DNA of 42,968 nucleotides from positions 1-42,968 of the forward strand of contig CAYMCF010000001.1 in the NCBI GenBank assembly GCA_964388975.1, written 5' to 3'. Made by a program: the position numbers and the translations under genes. The notes below the pieces were generated by a model, which made no database searches, had not been told where the DNA came from, and worked only from the letters and a program-made list of their open reading frames with translations. This document shows, one piece after another, positions 28,722 to 38,314 of the stretch. Within the stretch, counting starts at the first letter, position 1; the number at the start of each line of letters is the position of its first letter. The DNA comes from an uncultured Candidatus Saccharibacteria bacterium. Lineage in GTDB: Bacteria; Patescibacteriota; Saccharimonadia; Saccharimonadales; Saccharimonadaceae.

Positions 28722-29825
28722 CTATATTCCTTTCGCTAAAATCGTATTTACAATATATTGACTGGCGTGCCCGTCACCGTAGGGATTATTGGCTCTTGAC
28801 ATTTTTTGGTATAATTGTTGGTCTTGTAGTAAGTCTTTCATGCCGCGATAAACTGAATCTGATTCGGTGCCAACTAGCTTTAAGGTGCCAGCGGCGATAC
28901 CTTCGGGGCGCTCAGTGGTATTGCGGATTACTAAGACTGGCTTGCCGAGAGATGGGGCCTCTTCTTGTATTCCACCACTATCAGATAAGATAAAGTAGGC
29001 ACGTTGCATGAGATTATGAAAGTCTAGAACATCTAATGGCTCAATGAGCTTTACTCTTGGGTGGTTACCCAAAATTTGATGTGCAATTTCTCGCACTTTG
29101 GGATTAGCATGTACCGGATAAATAACACAAAGATCTGGAAAATCATCAAGCGCTTGCTTAACGGCCGAAAAAACTTGCTCTAGCGGTGCACCTAGATTCT
29201 CGCGCCGGTGAGCAGTTAGGAGAACCATCCGCTGAGCACCGATCCAATCGAGCAATGGATTTTGATAATGATCGGTGACGGTAGTAGCTAAAGCATCGAT
29301 AGCGGTATTACCGGTGACAAAAATCTGTTGTCCTTGGTTAAGTGATTTCTCAAGATGAGCTTTGCTGGCTTCGGTGGGAGTGTAAAGATAATCGGCTAAA
29401 TCATCAATAATTTGGCGATTCATTTCTTCGGGGAAGGGTGAATACTTATTGTAAGTTCGGAGGCCGGCTTCGACGTGGCCAATGGGAATATGTTGGTAAA
29501 AAGCTGCTAAGGCTGCCGTCATGGCCGTAGTGGTATCACCATGCACTAAAACTAAATCTGGCTGCACATCGCGGATTACTTTGCCTACACCCTTCAGCAC
29601 ACCCGCAGTAATATCCTCCAAAGTTTGGTTAGGGCGCATTAAGTTTAAATCGTAATCAGGAACAATTTGGAAAAGTTTCAATACTTGATCGAGCATTTGG
29701 CGGTGCTGAGCGGTAACGCAAACAATCGGCGTGACGCCTTTGCGTTTTTTTAGTTCTTTCACGACCGGTGCCATCTTGATGGCTTCGGGGCGTGTGCCAA
29801 AAATTACTAAAACTCGCTTATCCAT
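28722..29825 (-). CDS. wecB: UDP-N-acetylglucosamine 2-epimerase (non-hydrolysing)
   Basis: FGTRPEAIKMAP, VHGDTTT, HVEAGLRT, PFPEEMNR, DSGGIQEEAP; start at MDKRV. Confidence 0.95.
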   Translation of the reverse strand: MDKRVLVIFGTRPEAIKMAPVVKELKKRKGVTPIVCVTAQHRQMLDQVLKLFQIVPDYDLNLMRPNQTLEDITAGVLKGVGKVIRDVQPDLVLVHGDTTTAMTAALAAFYQHIPIGHVEAGLRTYNKYSPFPEEMNRQIIDDLADYLYTPTEASKAHLEKSLNQGQQIFVTGNTAIDALATTVTDHYQNPLLDWIGAQRMVLLTAHRRENLGAPLEQVFSAVKQALDDFPDLCVIYPVHANPKVREIAHQILGNHPRVKLIEPLDVLDFHNLMQRAYFILSDSGGIQEEAPSLGKPVLVIRNTTERPEGIAAGTLKLVGTESDSVYRGMKDLLQDQQLYQKMSRANNPYGDGHASQYIVNTILAKGI

Positions 29826-31125
29826 AAATATGCTCCAAAACATATTGGTCAAAAGTGCTGGCGACATTTTTGGCATTATATTGCGCTAAAGCTTTTTGGC
29901 AATATTTGGTAGGATTATAATCCTGCTCGATAATTTTAGCAAGATATAAATATATATCATCAGGGTCGTGGGTGACAATTCGGCCGGCACCAATTTGGCG
30001 GATTGCATCAGCGGAAGTGCCAGTGGTTTGCGTGATGGCAAAGATTGGCTTTTCGGCGCCGAGATAATCAACTAATTTGGCTGGGAAATAAATATAGTCA
30101 TTGAGTACTGAGTTAAGATTGGCATCAATTAAGATTAACCAATCAGCTTGGCTAATCTTCTCTAAACTTTCTAAATAAGAAATATCCGGGTGTACAGTGA
30201 CGAATTTACCAATTTGATGATCAATAATAGCAGCTTTATCTTGATCACTCATGTGCCCATAAAAGTCAAATTGGACTTTTTTGGCAAGATTGGGGTGAGT
30301 TTTTTTCAGTTTGCCAAGCGCAATAAAAAGTGGTTTAGCACTACGCATCTCATCCAGATGTCCCACGTAGAGGAAATGTTTTTTACCATCTTGTGCTGGC
30401 GCGGCGGCTTCAGGGTAAAGAGTTTTGTCAAAACCATGGTTAATAATTACGCCTTTATCACGAAACTTAGCAAATTCATCGGCAAAAGCGCGGTCGTATT
30501 GATATTGATTATTAAAAATCAAAGCATCGGCCTGCTCGAACGCCAAATTATTAGCTTTTTCGCAAAGTAACGGCCAAAGCATTTTGTTGGTGCGCTCTTT
30601 TTCCCAAATTTTCTTGCGTGCTAGGCGTGTAGGGGAAATCGCGAGCTTAGCGGTTTTGGCTAGGGAAGGATGTTCTCGCCAAAGATATTGCTGCAAAAAG
30701 AATGGATTTTGATTCTTGCGGATGCATTCGATATAAGGAGAATTAACTAGCGGGTCACCAAACGAAGCTAACCATTTGGTTTCTGGAAACTGAGCTTTCA
30801 TTTCGGCAGCGGCCAAGTGCGAATCTACTGGCATTACGCGTGACATAACAAAATCATATTTATCATGATTTTGTGCATAATACTCTACGGCTTCTTTTAC
30901 CCAGGCATTAGCATCGGTGCTTGCGGCTTGATGAATCGTGACATTATCGGCAGTGAGGGCAGACTCGTCAGTCTTGCGGTCCCACATGGATCCGCAAAAA
31001 GGTTGCCGCGTAAAAACATCATAACTAAATTGCGAATTCTTGAGTAATTTGTAAGTGACTAAGCCCTCCGAAGAATTTCCGGGTGGATAATACCAACTAA
31101 TTACTAAACCATGTAACTTTTTCAT
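29818..31125 (-). CDS. GT-B fold glycosyltransferase (GT4-like)
   Basis: ISWYYPP, FGDP, LYVGHL...R, PAKLVDYL...KPI; GGAGG SD and ATGA overlap at 31125. Confidence 0.75.
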   Translation of the reverse strand: MKKLHGLVISWYYPPGNSSEGLVTYKLLKNSQFSYDVFTRQPFCGSMWDRKTDESALTADNVTIHQAASTDANAWVKEAVEYYAQNHDKYDFVMSRVMPVDSHLAAAEMKAQFPETKWLASFGDPLVNSPYIECIRKNQNPFFLQQYLWREHPSLAKTAKLAISPTRLARKKIWEKERTNKMLWPLLCEKANNLAFEQADALIFNNQYQYDRAFADEFAKFRDKGVIINHGFDKTLYPEAAAPAQDGKKHFLYVGHLDEMRSAKPLFIALGKLKKTHPNLAKKVQFDFYGHMSDQDKAAIIDHQIGKFVTVHPDISYLESLEKISQADWLILIDANLNSVLNDYIYFPAKLVDYLGAEKPIFAITQTTGTSADAIRQIGAGRIVTHDPDDIYLYLAKIIEQDYNPTKYCQKALAQYNAKNVASTFDQYVLEHIYG

Positions 31126-32129
31126 TTTACGCCTCCACTTTTGTACAACTTTGCTTTCATTTTTCTGCGCCAAGGAGCTAATCTTTTGGCTAAGTTTTTG
31201 GCGGCCGGAAGTTGTTGGTGAATTTCTGGGAAGTTAGTTTGCAAAAACTGATCAAAGGCCAAAAGCTCGTTAATTACTTGGTTATCGGCATCAAACTTTT
31301 GGTAATAAATCTCGTAATGAGTATTTAGCATTAACACAATTTGTTTTCGCAAGACTGGTTGTAAATATTGTTGGGTTACTGGTAAATTAGCTTGTTCGGA
31401 TAGTAGCCATCTCAAAACCCTTTCGTGGTCTTGGCGATGTTTGTAGAAGCCAGCCATGCCTACACTTTGCTCGGGGCGACCGATAAAGTAACGATAAATA
31501 TCATAATTGAGAAGGCTATAAGTTTTGGCACTTTTCAAAACTTTAGCTACATACTGTTGATCTACATAAAAAGTTTTTTCTAGCAATCCGTCATCCCAAA
31601 CTTTTTTGAGTATGTTAGTTTTGACGGTTAGGGAATGCATAGAGAATTTGAAAAAGAAGTCTGCATCCGCTAGAGTTTGCTCTAGATCTGCCGTAGACAA
31701 AACTTTTTGGTCGGGTTGTTGAAAAGTTCTGGGGATATTAGTTAAATCATACAAATGCCGCTCTTGATAATTCGTCACAAGAAAATCCACATCCAGCTTA
31801 GCTAAAGCTTGGATGTAATCACTAAAATCATCAATGTTCACCCAATCGTCCGAATCAATTGCCCGGAAATACTTGCCCTTAGCGGCTTTGAGTGCGGTAT
31901 TGATGGTTGAACCATGCCCGCCATTAGCTTTATCAATTACCGAGACGGCTTGCGGAAAACGCTTAGCGTAAGTTTTGGCGACTTGGGCGGTTTGGTCGGT
32001 ACTGCCGTCGTTCACAACGATTATATCAATTTGATCCAGGGTTGTAAGGTCATAAGTTAGGCTATCCAAGCAACGACTTAAGTAACGTTCGGTATTGTAG
32101 GCAGGTATAGCTATGGTGAGTAACTTCAT
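31122..32129 (-). CDS. Family 2 glycosyltransferase
   Basis: IAIPAYN, VNDGSTD, NGGHGSTIN, DSDDW, YRYFIGR..QS. Confidence 0.9.
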   Translation of the reverse strand: MKLLTIAIPAYNTERYLSRCLDSLTYDLTTLDQIDIIVVNDGSTDQTAQVAKTYAKRFPQAVSVIDKANGGHGSTINTALKAAKGKYFRAIDSDDWVNIDDFSDYIQALAKLDVDFLVTNYQERHLYDLTNIPRTFQQPDQKVLSTADLEQTLADADFFFKFSMHSLTVKTNILKKVWDDGLLEKTFYVDQQYVAKVLKSAKTYSLLNYDIYRYFIGRPEQSVGMAGFYKHRQDHERVLRWLLSEQANLPVTQQYLQPVLRKQIVLMLNTHYEIYYQKFDADNQVINELLAFDQFLQTNFPEIHQQLPAAKNLAKRLAPWRRKMKAKLYKSGGVK

Positions 32130-32168
32130 ATTTCCTATAATAGCACAATATATGGTATAATTCTAGAT

Positions 32169-34799
32169 ATGAAAGCGGTGCGACAGATGATGAGGGTTTC
32201 TCAAAAGCACCCGCGGGCGGTGGCAATGGCGGGGGCGGCAATGGTTACGGTTGGTATTTTGTTGGTTGTGATGTTGGTTTGTGGATATGCGCCTTTCGGA
32301 ACGAAGTCTTTAGCGGTAGCAGATGCGCGTATTCAATATTTAGATTTCTTTGGTTTTCTAAAAAACGTATCTGCTGGGCTGGATAGCCTATTCTATAGCT
32401 TCAGCAAGGGTTTAGGCGGTTCTTGTTGGACGCTGTTTGCGTATTATTTAGCTTCACCATTTAACTTGTTGCTAAGCTTTTTTGAAAAAGTACAGATTAA
32501 TACTTTTTTTAATTTGATTTTTGTGCTAAAAGCAGCGCTAGCTTCGGCATTTTTTGCATGGTTTTTAGCAGAGTGGTTCCGTCCACAAATGGAAACGTCT
32601 GCACAGAAACAATTTTTAGCTAAATTAGGAACCATGATTAGTTTAGCCATGGCGTATGGGCTTTGTCAGTATATGTTAGCGCAAGCTAGCAACATCATGT
32701 GGCTGGATGGAGTGTATTTGCTGCCGCTCTTGATGTTGGCCACGCATCGGATTGTGTTAGGGGAATCTAGCTGGCCGCTAGCATTAGTTACGGCCTTGGC
32801 AATCTTATTTAATTGGTACTCGGCAGGAATTGATTGTCTGTTTATTTTGATTTGGTTTGGCTTTGAGGTTATTTTGCAGCAAGCAGATCAAAAAACTTTC
32901 AATCTTTTTACTAAGGCTAATGGGCGCCGTTTACTAAAACTGGTGATGGCTTTGGCTTTGGGTGTGCTGACTAGTATGGTCCTGTTCTGGCCAACAATTT
33001 TGGGAGTTTTGAGCACGCAGCATGGCTCGATTAATTTATTAACAGCGATGAAACCGGGATTTATCGGAGCAATTCCTACTCTAATAGAAAGATATAGTTA
33101 TGGCGCCGGTAGCACTTATGGCGCAGCGGCGTTGTATTGTGGCGGTTTCGCAGCGATCGGCTTGGTAGCGTTATTGGTAAATAAAACTTTATCCATTCGC
33201 AAAAAAATCGTGATTGGCGGATTTTGCGCAATCTTAATCGGGATTTTATATTGGCATCCGCTGGTGATGTTGTTCTCGCTGTTCGAAGCAGTGGGATCGT
33301 ATTGGTATCGGTATAGTTATGTAGTGATTGCTGCAATACTTTTTCTGGGCGCGTATTATTTTCTCAAAGTCTGTACTCAGCGCGATGCGAAACTTTTGCT
33401 ACGTGTAGGTAGCATTTTGGCGGTAATATTAATATTGGTGCAGTTTGTACATTCGGCCATAGAGATTAATTTAGTCTATCGTAGCGCACTGATGATTTTT
33501 GCGATTGCAGTTTTACTCTATGCGGTATTAAAAGCATCTAATTACTGTATGCGCAATGTGGGCATGGTTTTGTTGGGCGGATTGGTTTTGATTGATATGA
33601 GTTATGCGACTTATACTTTTTTGCGGAATTATCAAGAAGTAAACGTGGCGGAGTATAATAATTATACCGAGACAACTCAACAAACTCTTGCGAATTTGCA
33701 CAACGCTGATCCCGAAACTTATCGAATCTCAGCTACTGCGACGCGCTATCAGGACGAAGCTGGCATTGCTGGGGCGACTGCTAATTATAACGAAGCGATG
33801 TTTTTTAATTATATGGGAATTTCTAGCTACACTTCTATGCCGGATGAAAATCAGCTCGCGCTTTTGCAACGTTTGGGGTACCGGACGGATTTTGACATTA
33901 GAACGATCGCGAATACTTCGATTATCGGAGCCGACTCTTTGCTAGGAGTAAAATATGTTTTGTCTGATTATCCGATTAATGGTTTACTGCAAGAAACATT
34001 TGCACCCGCCGATGCTACCCGCCAAGTTTACCGTAATCCATATGCGTTGCCGCTGGCGGTGGTTTACGATGCTAATGATCGTACTATCCGGGGTGATAAT
34101 CCTTTTGAATATCAAAATCAATTTTACAGTAAATTATTAAACCAAGAAGTAAAGTTGTACCAGCCGCTCAAATATCAAAAACCATCGGATAGTTATACAT
34201 ATAATTTTACGGTACCGGCAGGGAATTATGCTTTGTATGGTAATATTCCGCCGACTGGTGATAATCCGGATTTGATGCTAAAAATTAATCATGCGGCACC
34301 GATTGCTTATGGGCGCTCGGATAGTTCCGCCGCTGCCACTTTGACGCCGTCAGTTTTTTACATTCCTACTGATCGCGCGCGTCAACAACTTACTTTGCAG
34401 CTGAGTTCGGAGAGTGGCACTTATCGGGTAGGTGATTTGGAGCTTTATTTATTAGATCTTGATTTGCTCGCGCAGGTTACTGAGCAACTTTTAGCGCGGC
34501 CGGCAGTGGAAATAAGATTAAAACCATCAACTAGTTTCCAAGTTGCAGCTAAGGCGGGACAAGAACTTTACTTGTCAATTCCTTACGACAAAGGCTGGAA
34601 AATTAAACGTAATGGTAAAGTGGTTGTCGCGCAGCAGTTTGCCGACGCATTAATGGCAATACCGCTAGAAGATGGAGAAAATAACATTGAATTAAGTTAC
34701 GAGGTACCGGGTTTAGCTCTGGGGATTATGCTTTCGACACTTGGGGTAGGCGGGGTGATAGTCTTAGCATATTACGAGAAGAAAGGAAAAATGTTATAA
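32169..34799 (+). CDS. YfhO-family polytopic membrane protein (GT-C glycosyltransferase)
   Basis: D...QY, YSFSKGLG, YYLASPFN, NIMWLD, SIPYDKGW, G.NNIELSY..PG; many TM helices. Confidence 0.88.
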   Translation: MKAVRQMMRVSQKHPRAVAMAGAAMVTVGILLVVMLVCGYAPFGTKSLAVADARIQYLDFFGFLKNVSAGLDSLFYSFSKGLGGSCWTLFAYYLASPFNLLLSFFEKVQINTFFNLIFVLKAALASAFFAWFLAEWFRPQMETSAQKQFLAKLGTMISLAMAYGLCQYMLAQASNIMWLDGVYLLPLLMLATHRIVLGESSWPLALVTALAILFNWYSAGIDCLFILIWFGFEVILQQADQKTFNLFTKANGRRLLKLVMALALGVLTSMVLFWPTILGVLSTQHGSINLLTAMKPGFIGAIPTLIERYSYGAGSTYGAAALYCGGFAAIGLVALLVNKTLSIRKKIVIGGFCAILIGILYWHPLVMLFSLFEAVGSYWYRYSYVVIAAILFLGAYYFLKVCTQRDAKLLLRVGSILAVILILVQFVHSAIEINLVYRSALMIFAIAVLLYAVLKASNYCMRNVGMVLLGGLVLIDMSYATYTFLRNYQEVNVAEYNNYTETTQQTLANLHNADPETYRISATATRYQDEAGIAGATANYNEAMFFNYMGISSYTSMPDENQLALLQRLGYRTDFDIRTIANTSIIGADSLLGVKYVLSDYPINGLLQETFAPADATRQVYRNPYALPLAVVYDANDRTIRGDNPFEYQNQFYSKLLNQEVKLYQPLKYQKPSDSYTYNFTVPAGNYALYGNIPPTGDNPDLMLKINHAAPIAYGRSDSSAAATLTPSVFYIPTDRARQQLTLQLSSESGTYRVGDLELYLLDLDLLAQVTEQLLARPAVEIRLKPSTSFQVAAKAGQELYLSIPYDKGWKIKRNGKVVVAQQFADALMAIPLEDGENNIELSYEVPGLALGIMLSTLGVGGVIVLAYYEKKGKML

Positions 34800-34806
34800 T
34801 ATGAGT

Positions 34807-35847
34807 ATGATAAAAGTTTCGATTATAGTTCCGATATACAAAGTAGAACGTTATTTGCGCGAATGTGTGGACAGTATTCTCGCACAAACTCTTAAAGATA
34901 TTGAAATTATTTTAGTAGATGATGGCTCTCCGGATAGTTGCCCGCATATTGTGGACGAATATGCTAAGCAGGATTCGCGCATCAAAGCAATTCATCAAGA
35001 AAACTCCGGCTACAGTAAGGCGGTGAATCGCGGTATCGCGGAGGCGCAGGGAGAATATATCGGAATTATTGAGTCCGACGATTGGATTGAGCCAGATATG
35101 TATGAGAAACTTTACCGCAGTGCTAAGAAATATGATACCGACGTGACAAAAGGTATGTTTACAAAATACAACTCCACCCTGCCGGCAGGAGCAAGAGATG
35201 AAGTTTTTCGGAATCCATCGGGTGTAGATCTAAGCTTGGCGCCAGATGGAGCTTTTACAATTACAGAATGGCCGCCACTCTTGGCTTTTCATGCGTCAAT
35301 TTGGTCTTCAGTTTATCGTGCGGAATTTATCAAGAAGATTAAACTTCCAGAAACTGCCGGTGCATCGTACCAAGATTTTCCGTTTATGATTGATGTGATG
35401 CTAAAAGCTAAAAGTATTTCGGTAGTACGCAAGCCATTTGTGCATTGGCGCAATGATCCCGATCAAGGAAATTCCACCAGTGCTCGCGGAGAAAAGTTAC
35501 TTTTGATGGCCAAGAATAGCAAAACTGGTATCGAGCTAGTACAAAAGTCTGGCAAAATGGATAAATTAAAAGAAGCTTTATATGTGCATGTTTTGTGGAC
35601 TAACATGGGTTTCTTCCAAAAAATTGATAGTAAATATCGCAAAACTTATTACAACTTGTTGCGTGAACTTTTGCTGCCGATACGCAACGATGAAAGTTTT
35701 GTGTATCGCTATTTCCGTCCGCAGGATAAATTGTTCTGTTCGTTAATTACTGACCATAGTTATGCTTTTGTGGCGGCGGCGATAGATACTATGCATGCCA
35801 AAGCTGGCGCAGGGAATTTTGCCAAGAAATTGCTCGGTGGGCGTTAA
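34807..35847 (+). CDS. Family 2 glycosyltransferase
   Basis: VSIIVPIY, VDDGSPD, ESDDW, GASYQD; second ATG chosen from the -10 spacing (ATG 34801 is also possible). Confidence 0.9.
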   Translation: MIKVSIIVPIYKVERYLRECVDSILAQTLKDIEIILVDDGSPDSCPHIVDEYAKQDSRIKAIHQENSGYSKAVNRGIAEAQGEYIGIIESDDWIEPDMYEKLYRSAKKYDTDVTKGMFTKYNSTLPAGARDEVFRNPSGVDLSLAPDGAFTITEWPPLLAFHASIWSSVYRAEFIKKIKLPETAGASYQDFPFMIDVMLKAKSISVVRKPFVHWRNDPDQGNSTSARGEKLLLMAKNSKTGIELVQKSGKMDKLKEALYVHVLWTNMGFFQKIDSKYRKTYYNLLRELLLPIRNDESFVYRYFRPQDKLFCSLITDHSYAFVAAAIDTMHAKAGAGNFAKKLLGGR

Positions 35848-35856
35848 TTAATTGTG

Positions 35857-36351
35857 TTAATTAGCTTTTTGTTTGGGCTTCCGGTCTTCCAAGAACAGTT
35901 TCCGCGTGATAAAGTTAAACACCATCACGATGGCTGTAGTGATAATCTTAGCAATCATCTCCCCCATGCCAAGCTGGTAAATAAAGAGTGCGAGCAAGCC
36001 TTCGGATATTCCTAAGCCGATGAAACTGAGGATAAAAAATTCAGTAATTAAACGTCGGCGAGTTTTGTTTTTGGTGGTGTTAAACACCCAGATGGTATTA
36101 GAATAATAATTAAAGATAGTTGCTGCGGTAAAAGAAAAAAGCTGGGCAATCAGTGGGTCCATTTGCAACCAAGTGATTAAGATAGCATAAATCAACCAGT
36201 CGATTGCAGTGGCAATTACCCCAGTAATCACGAATTTGGCTAGTTGGGTAAGAATTTGCTGATATTTAGTAAGATGCAAAAGTTGGCAGCCCCAAGCTAC
36301 AAGTTTGTCGATAAAATCTGGCTTAGTTTTGGCGGGTTCGGCGCTAGTCAT
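35857..36351 (-). CDS. GtrA-family lipid-linked sugar flippase
   Basis: KFVITGVIATAID, FNY....WVF, AK.....VMVFNFITRKLF; four TM helices. Confidence 0.88.
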   Translation of the reverse strand: MTSAEPAKTKPDFIDKLVAWGCQLLHLTKYQQILTQLAKFVITGVIATAIDWLIYAILITWLQMDPLIAQLFSFTAATIFNYYSNTIWVFNTTKNKTRRRLITEFFILSFIGLGISEGLLALFIYQLGMGEMIAKIITTAIVMVFNFITRKLFLEDRKPKQKAN

Positions 36352-36389
36352 AGCTACATTATATCTTAAACCTATGTTATAATCAACTT

Positions 36390-37379
36390 ATGAACCCAAA
36401 GCTATCGATTTTAGTACCGGTCTATAATGTGGAGAAGTACTTGGCGCAGTGCCTAGAAAGCTTAGTGGAGCAGAGCTTGCCGGAAATCGAAATTATTTGT
36501 ATCAACGATGGCTCGACCGATAATTCGCTAAAAATTATCAAAGAATTTATGCAGAATGACGCGCGGATTACTTGTATTAATAAACCTAATTCTGGTTATG
36601 GCGATAGTATGAATCGCGCCCTGAAAGAAGCGCGAGGAAAATATATCGGCATTCTCGAATCGGACGATTTTATTGATAAGGATGCTTACAAGGAAATGTA
36701 CGAAGCTGCCGAAGCAGTGCATGCTGAGGTAGTAAAAGCGAATTATTACAAATTCCGCACATTAAAAACCGGTGAAGCCTCGGCGATTACTAAAGTTGAA
36801 GAAATTACTAGCCAAAAAGTAGTTAACCCGCGGGAGGATCGCGAAGTTTTTAAGTTTGCGCCGGCGATTTGGTCGGCAATTTATCGTAAAGATTTTTTAC
36901 GCAAAAACAAAATTGATTTTCTGCCTACGCCAGGTGCGTCGTATCAAGATTTGAGTTTTAATTTTAAAGTTTGGACTTTGGCGCGAAAAGTAGTACTTTT
37001 ACCGAAAGCTTATGTGCATTACCGGATTGATAATGAGAATTCTTCGGTTAATAATCCTGGTAAGGTAAATTGTGTGGTGGAGGAATACGCCGAGATCGAG
37101 ACTTTTCTTTGCGAACGGGGAATCTTCTCAGACTTTGGCGAAACCATGAACGAAGCCAAATTCCGCAATTATCATTGGAACTTCCAGCGCCTGGAGGGAA
37201 AATTAGCTAAAGAATTTTACCAAACTTGGCGACAAGAATTATTATCCGCGAACGAAGAAGGTCTACTAAATCGTGAACATTTTAGCCGCAAAGATTGGTT
37301 GGCTTTGCGCACAATTATTAAACATCCGCGGATTGCCTACCGGATTTTGCGAATCCGACGTGCACTAAAACATCATTAA
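36390..37379 (+). CDS. Family 2 glycosyltransferase (paralog of 34807)
   Basis: SILVPVYN, INDGSTD, ESDDF, TPGASYQD. Confidence 0.9.
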   Translation: MNPKLSILVPVYNVEKYLAQCLESLVEQSLPEIEIICINDGSTDNSLKIIKEFMQNDARITCINKPNSGYGDSMNRALKEARGKYIGILESDDFIDKDAYKEMYEAAEAVHAEVVKANYYKFRTLKTGEASAITKVEEITSQKVVNPREDREVFKFAPAIWSAIYRKDFLRKNKIDFLPTPGASYQDLSFNFKVWTLARKVVLLPKAYVHYRIDNENSSVNNPGKVNCVVEEYAEIETFLCERGIFSDFGETMNEAKFRNYHWNFQRLEGKLAKEFYQTWRQELLSANEEGLLNREHFSRKDWLALRTIIKHPRIAYRILRIRRALKHH

Positions 37380-37454
37380 GCTAACTCTTGGCGGAGATTA
37401 TCGTAAAAGTGCGATGTTTTTTGCGGGAAATCTTGCAAAATAAATTGCTTAAGT

Positions 37455-37486
37455 TGGACTTTTGCTCTCTGGTGTGGTAAGATAAT
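37455..37486 (+). promoter_or_regulatory. Promoter of wzm-wzt-glf-GT2
   Basis: TGGACT, 17-nt spacer, TG-G-TAAGAT (37478); overlapping GATAAT lies 6 nt before ATG. Confidence 0.6.
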
Positions 37487-37492
37487 AACAGA

Positions 37493-38314
37493 ATGAGTGG
37501 TATTGGCAATATCTTCTGCCGCAAAAATCGCATTTTGCTGGGAGAGTTAGTAAAAACCGATTTTAAGCTCCGCTATCAGGGGTCAGTTTTGGGTTGTTTG
37601 TGGGCGGTGCTGCGACCACTGTTGATGTTTACGATTCTTTATATTGTTTTTGCAAAACTTCTGCGCTTGGGTAATGATATCCCGCATTATCCGGTTTATC
37701 TTTTAACTGGTACGGTTTTTTGGAATTTTTTTACTGAATGCACTGGGCAGGGAATTCAATCGATTGTAATGCGCGGGGATCTTTTGCGCAAAATTAGTTT
37801 CCCAAAATACATTGTAGTCTTGGCGGCCACTGCGACGGCGCTGATTAACTTAGCCATTAACCTGGGTGTGATTGTGGTCTTCGCTTTGCTGAACGGTGTA
37901 ATACCCAGTTGGCGCTGGCTGTTGGTGGTACCGCTAATTGCGGAATTATATGCTTTTTCGCTAGGGATATCGTTCTTTCTCGGTGCGATTAATGTCAAAT
38001 ATCGTGATGTTACTTCGATTTGGGATGTGCTAGTGCAGGCATTGTTCTATGCGGTGCCGATTATTTATCCGATTAGTATGGTGCTAGAAGCGGGTAGCTT
38101 TGGAGTTTTGGCGGGGAAGATTATTTTGCTCAATCCAATTGCGCAAGTGATTCAAGATGTGCGCTATAATTTAATTACTGATGCAACGGTGACAACGTGG
38201 AGTTTGGTGGAGTGGCCGCTTTGTATTATGCCGTTTTTGATTGTGGCGCTAGTTTTGGTGCTGGCAGCACTATTTTTCCAGCGTCGGTCGAAGCGTTTTG
38301 CGGAGGAAGTCTAG
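37493..38314 (+). CDS. wzm: ABC-2 polysaccharide export permease (Wzm/RgpC-like)
   Basis: LVKTDFKLRYQGSVLG.LW..LRPL, YRD...IW, PIIYP, LNP. Confidence 0.9.
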   Translation: MSGIGNIFCRKNRILLGELVKTDFKLRYQGSVLGCLWAVLRPLLMFTILYIVFAKLLRLGNDIPHYPVYLLTGTVFWNFFTECTGQGIQSIVMRGDLLRKISFPKYIVVLAATATALINLAINLGVIVVFALLNGVIPSWRWLLVVPLIAELYAFSLGISFFLGAINVKYRDVTSIWDVLVQALFYAVPIIYPISMVLEAGSFGVLAGKIILLNPIAQVIQDVRYNLITDATVTTWSLVEWPLCIMPFLIVALVLVLAALFFQRRSKRFAEEV

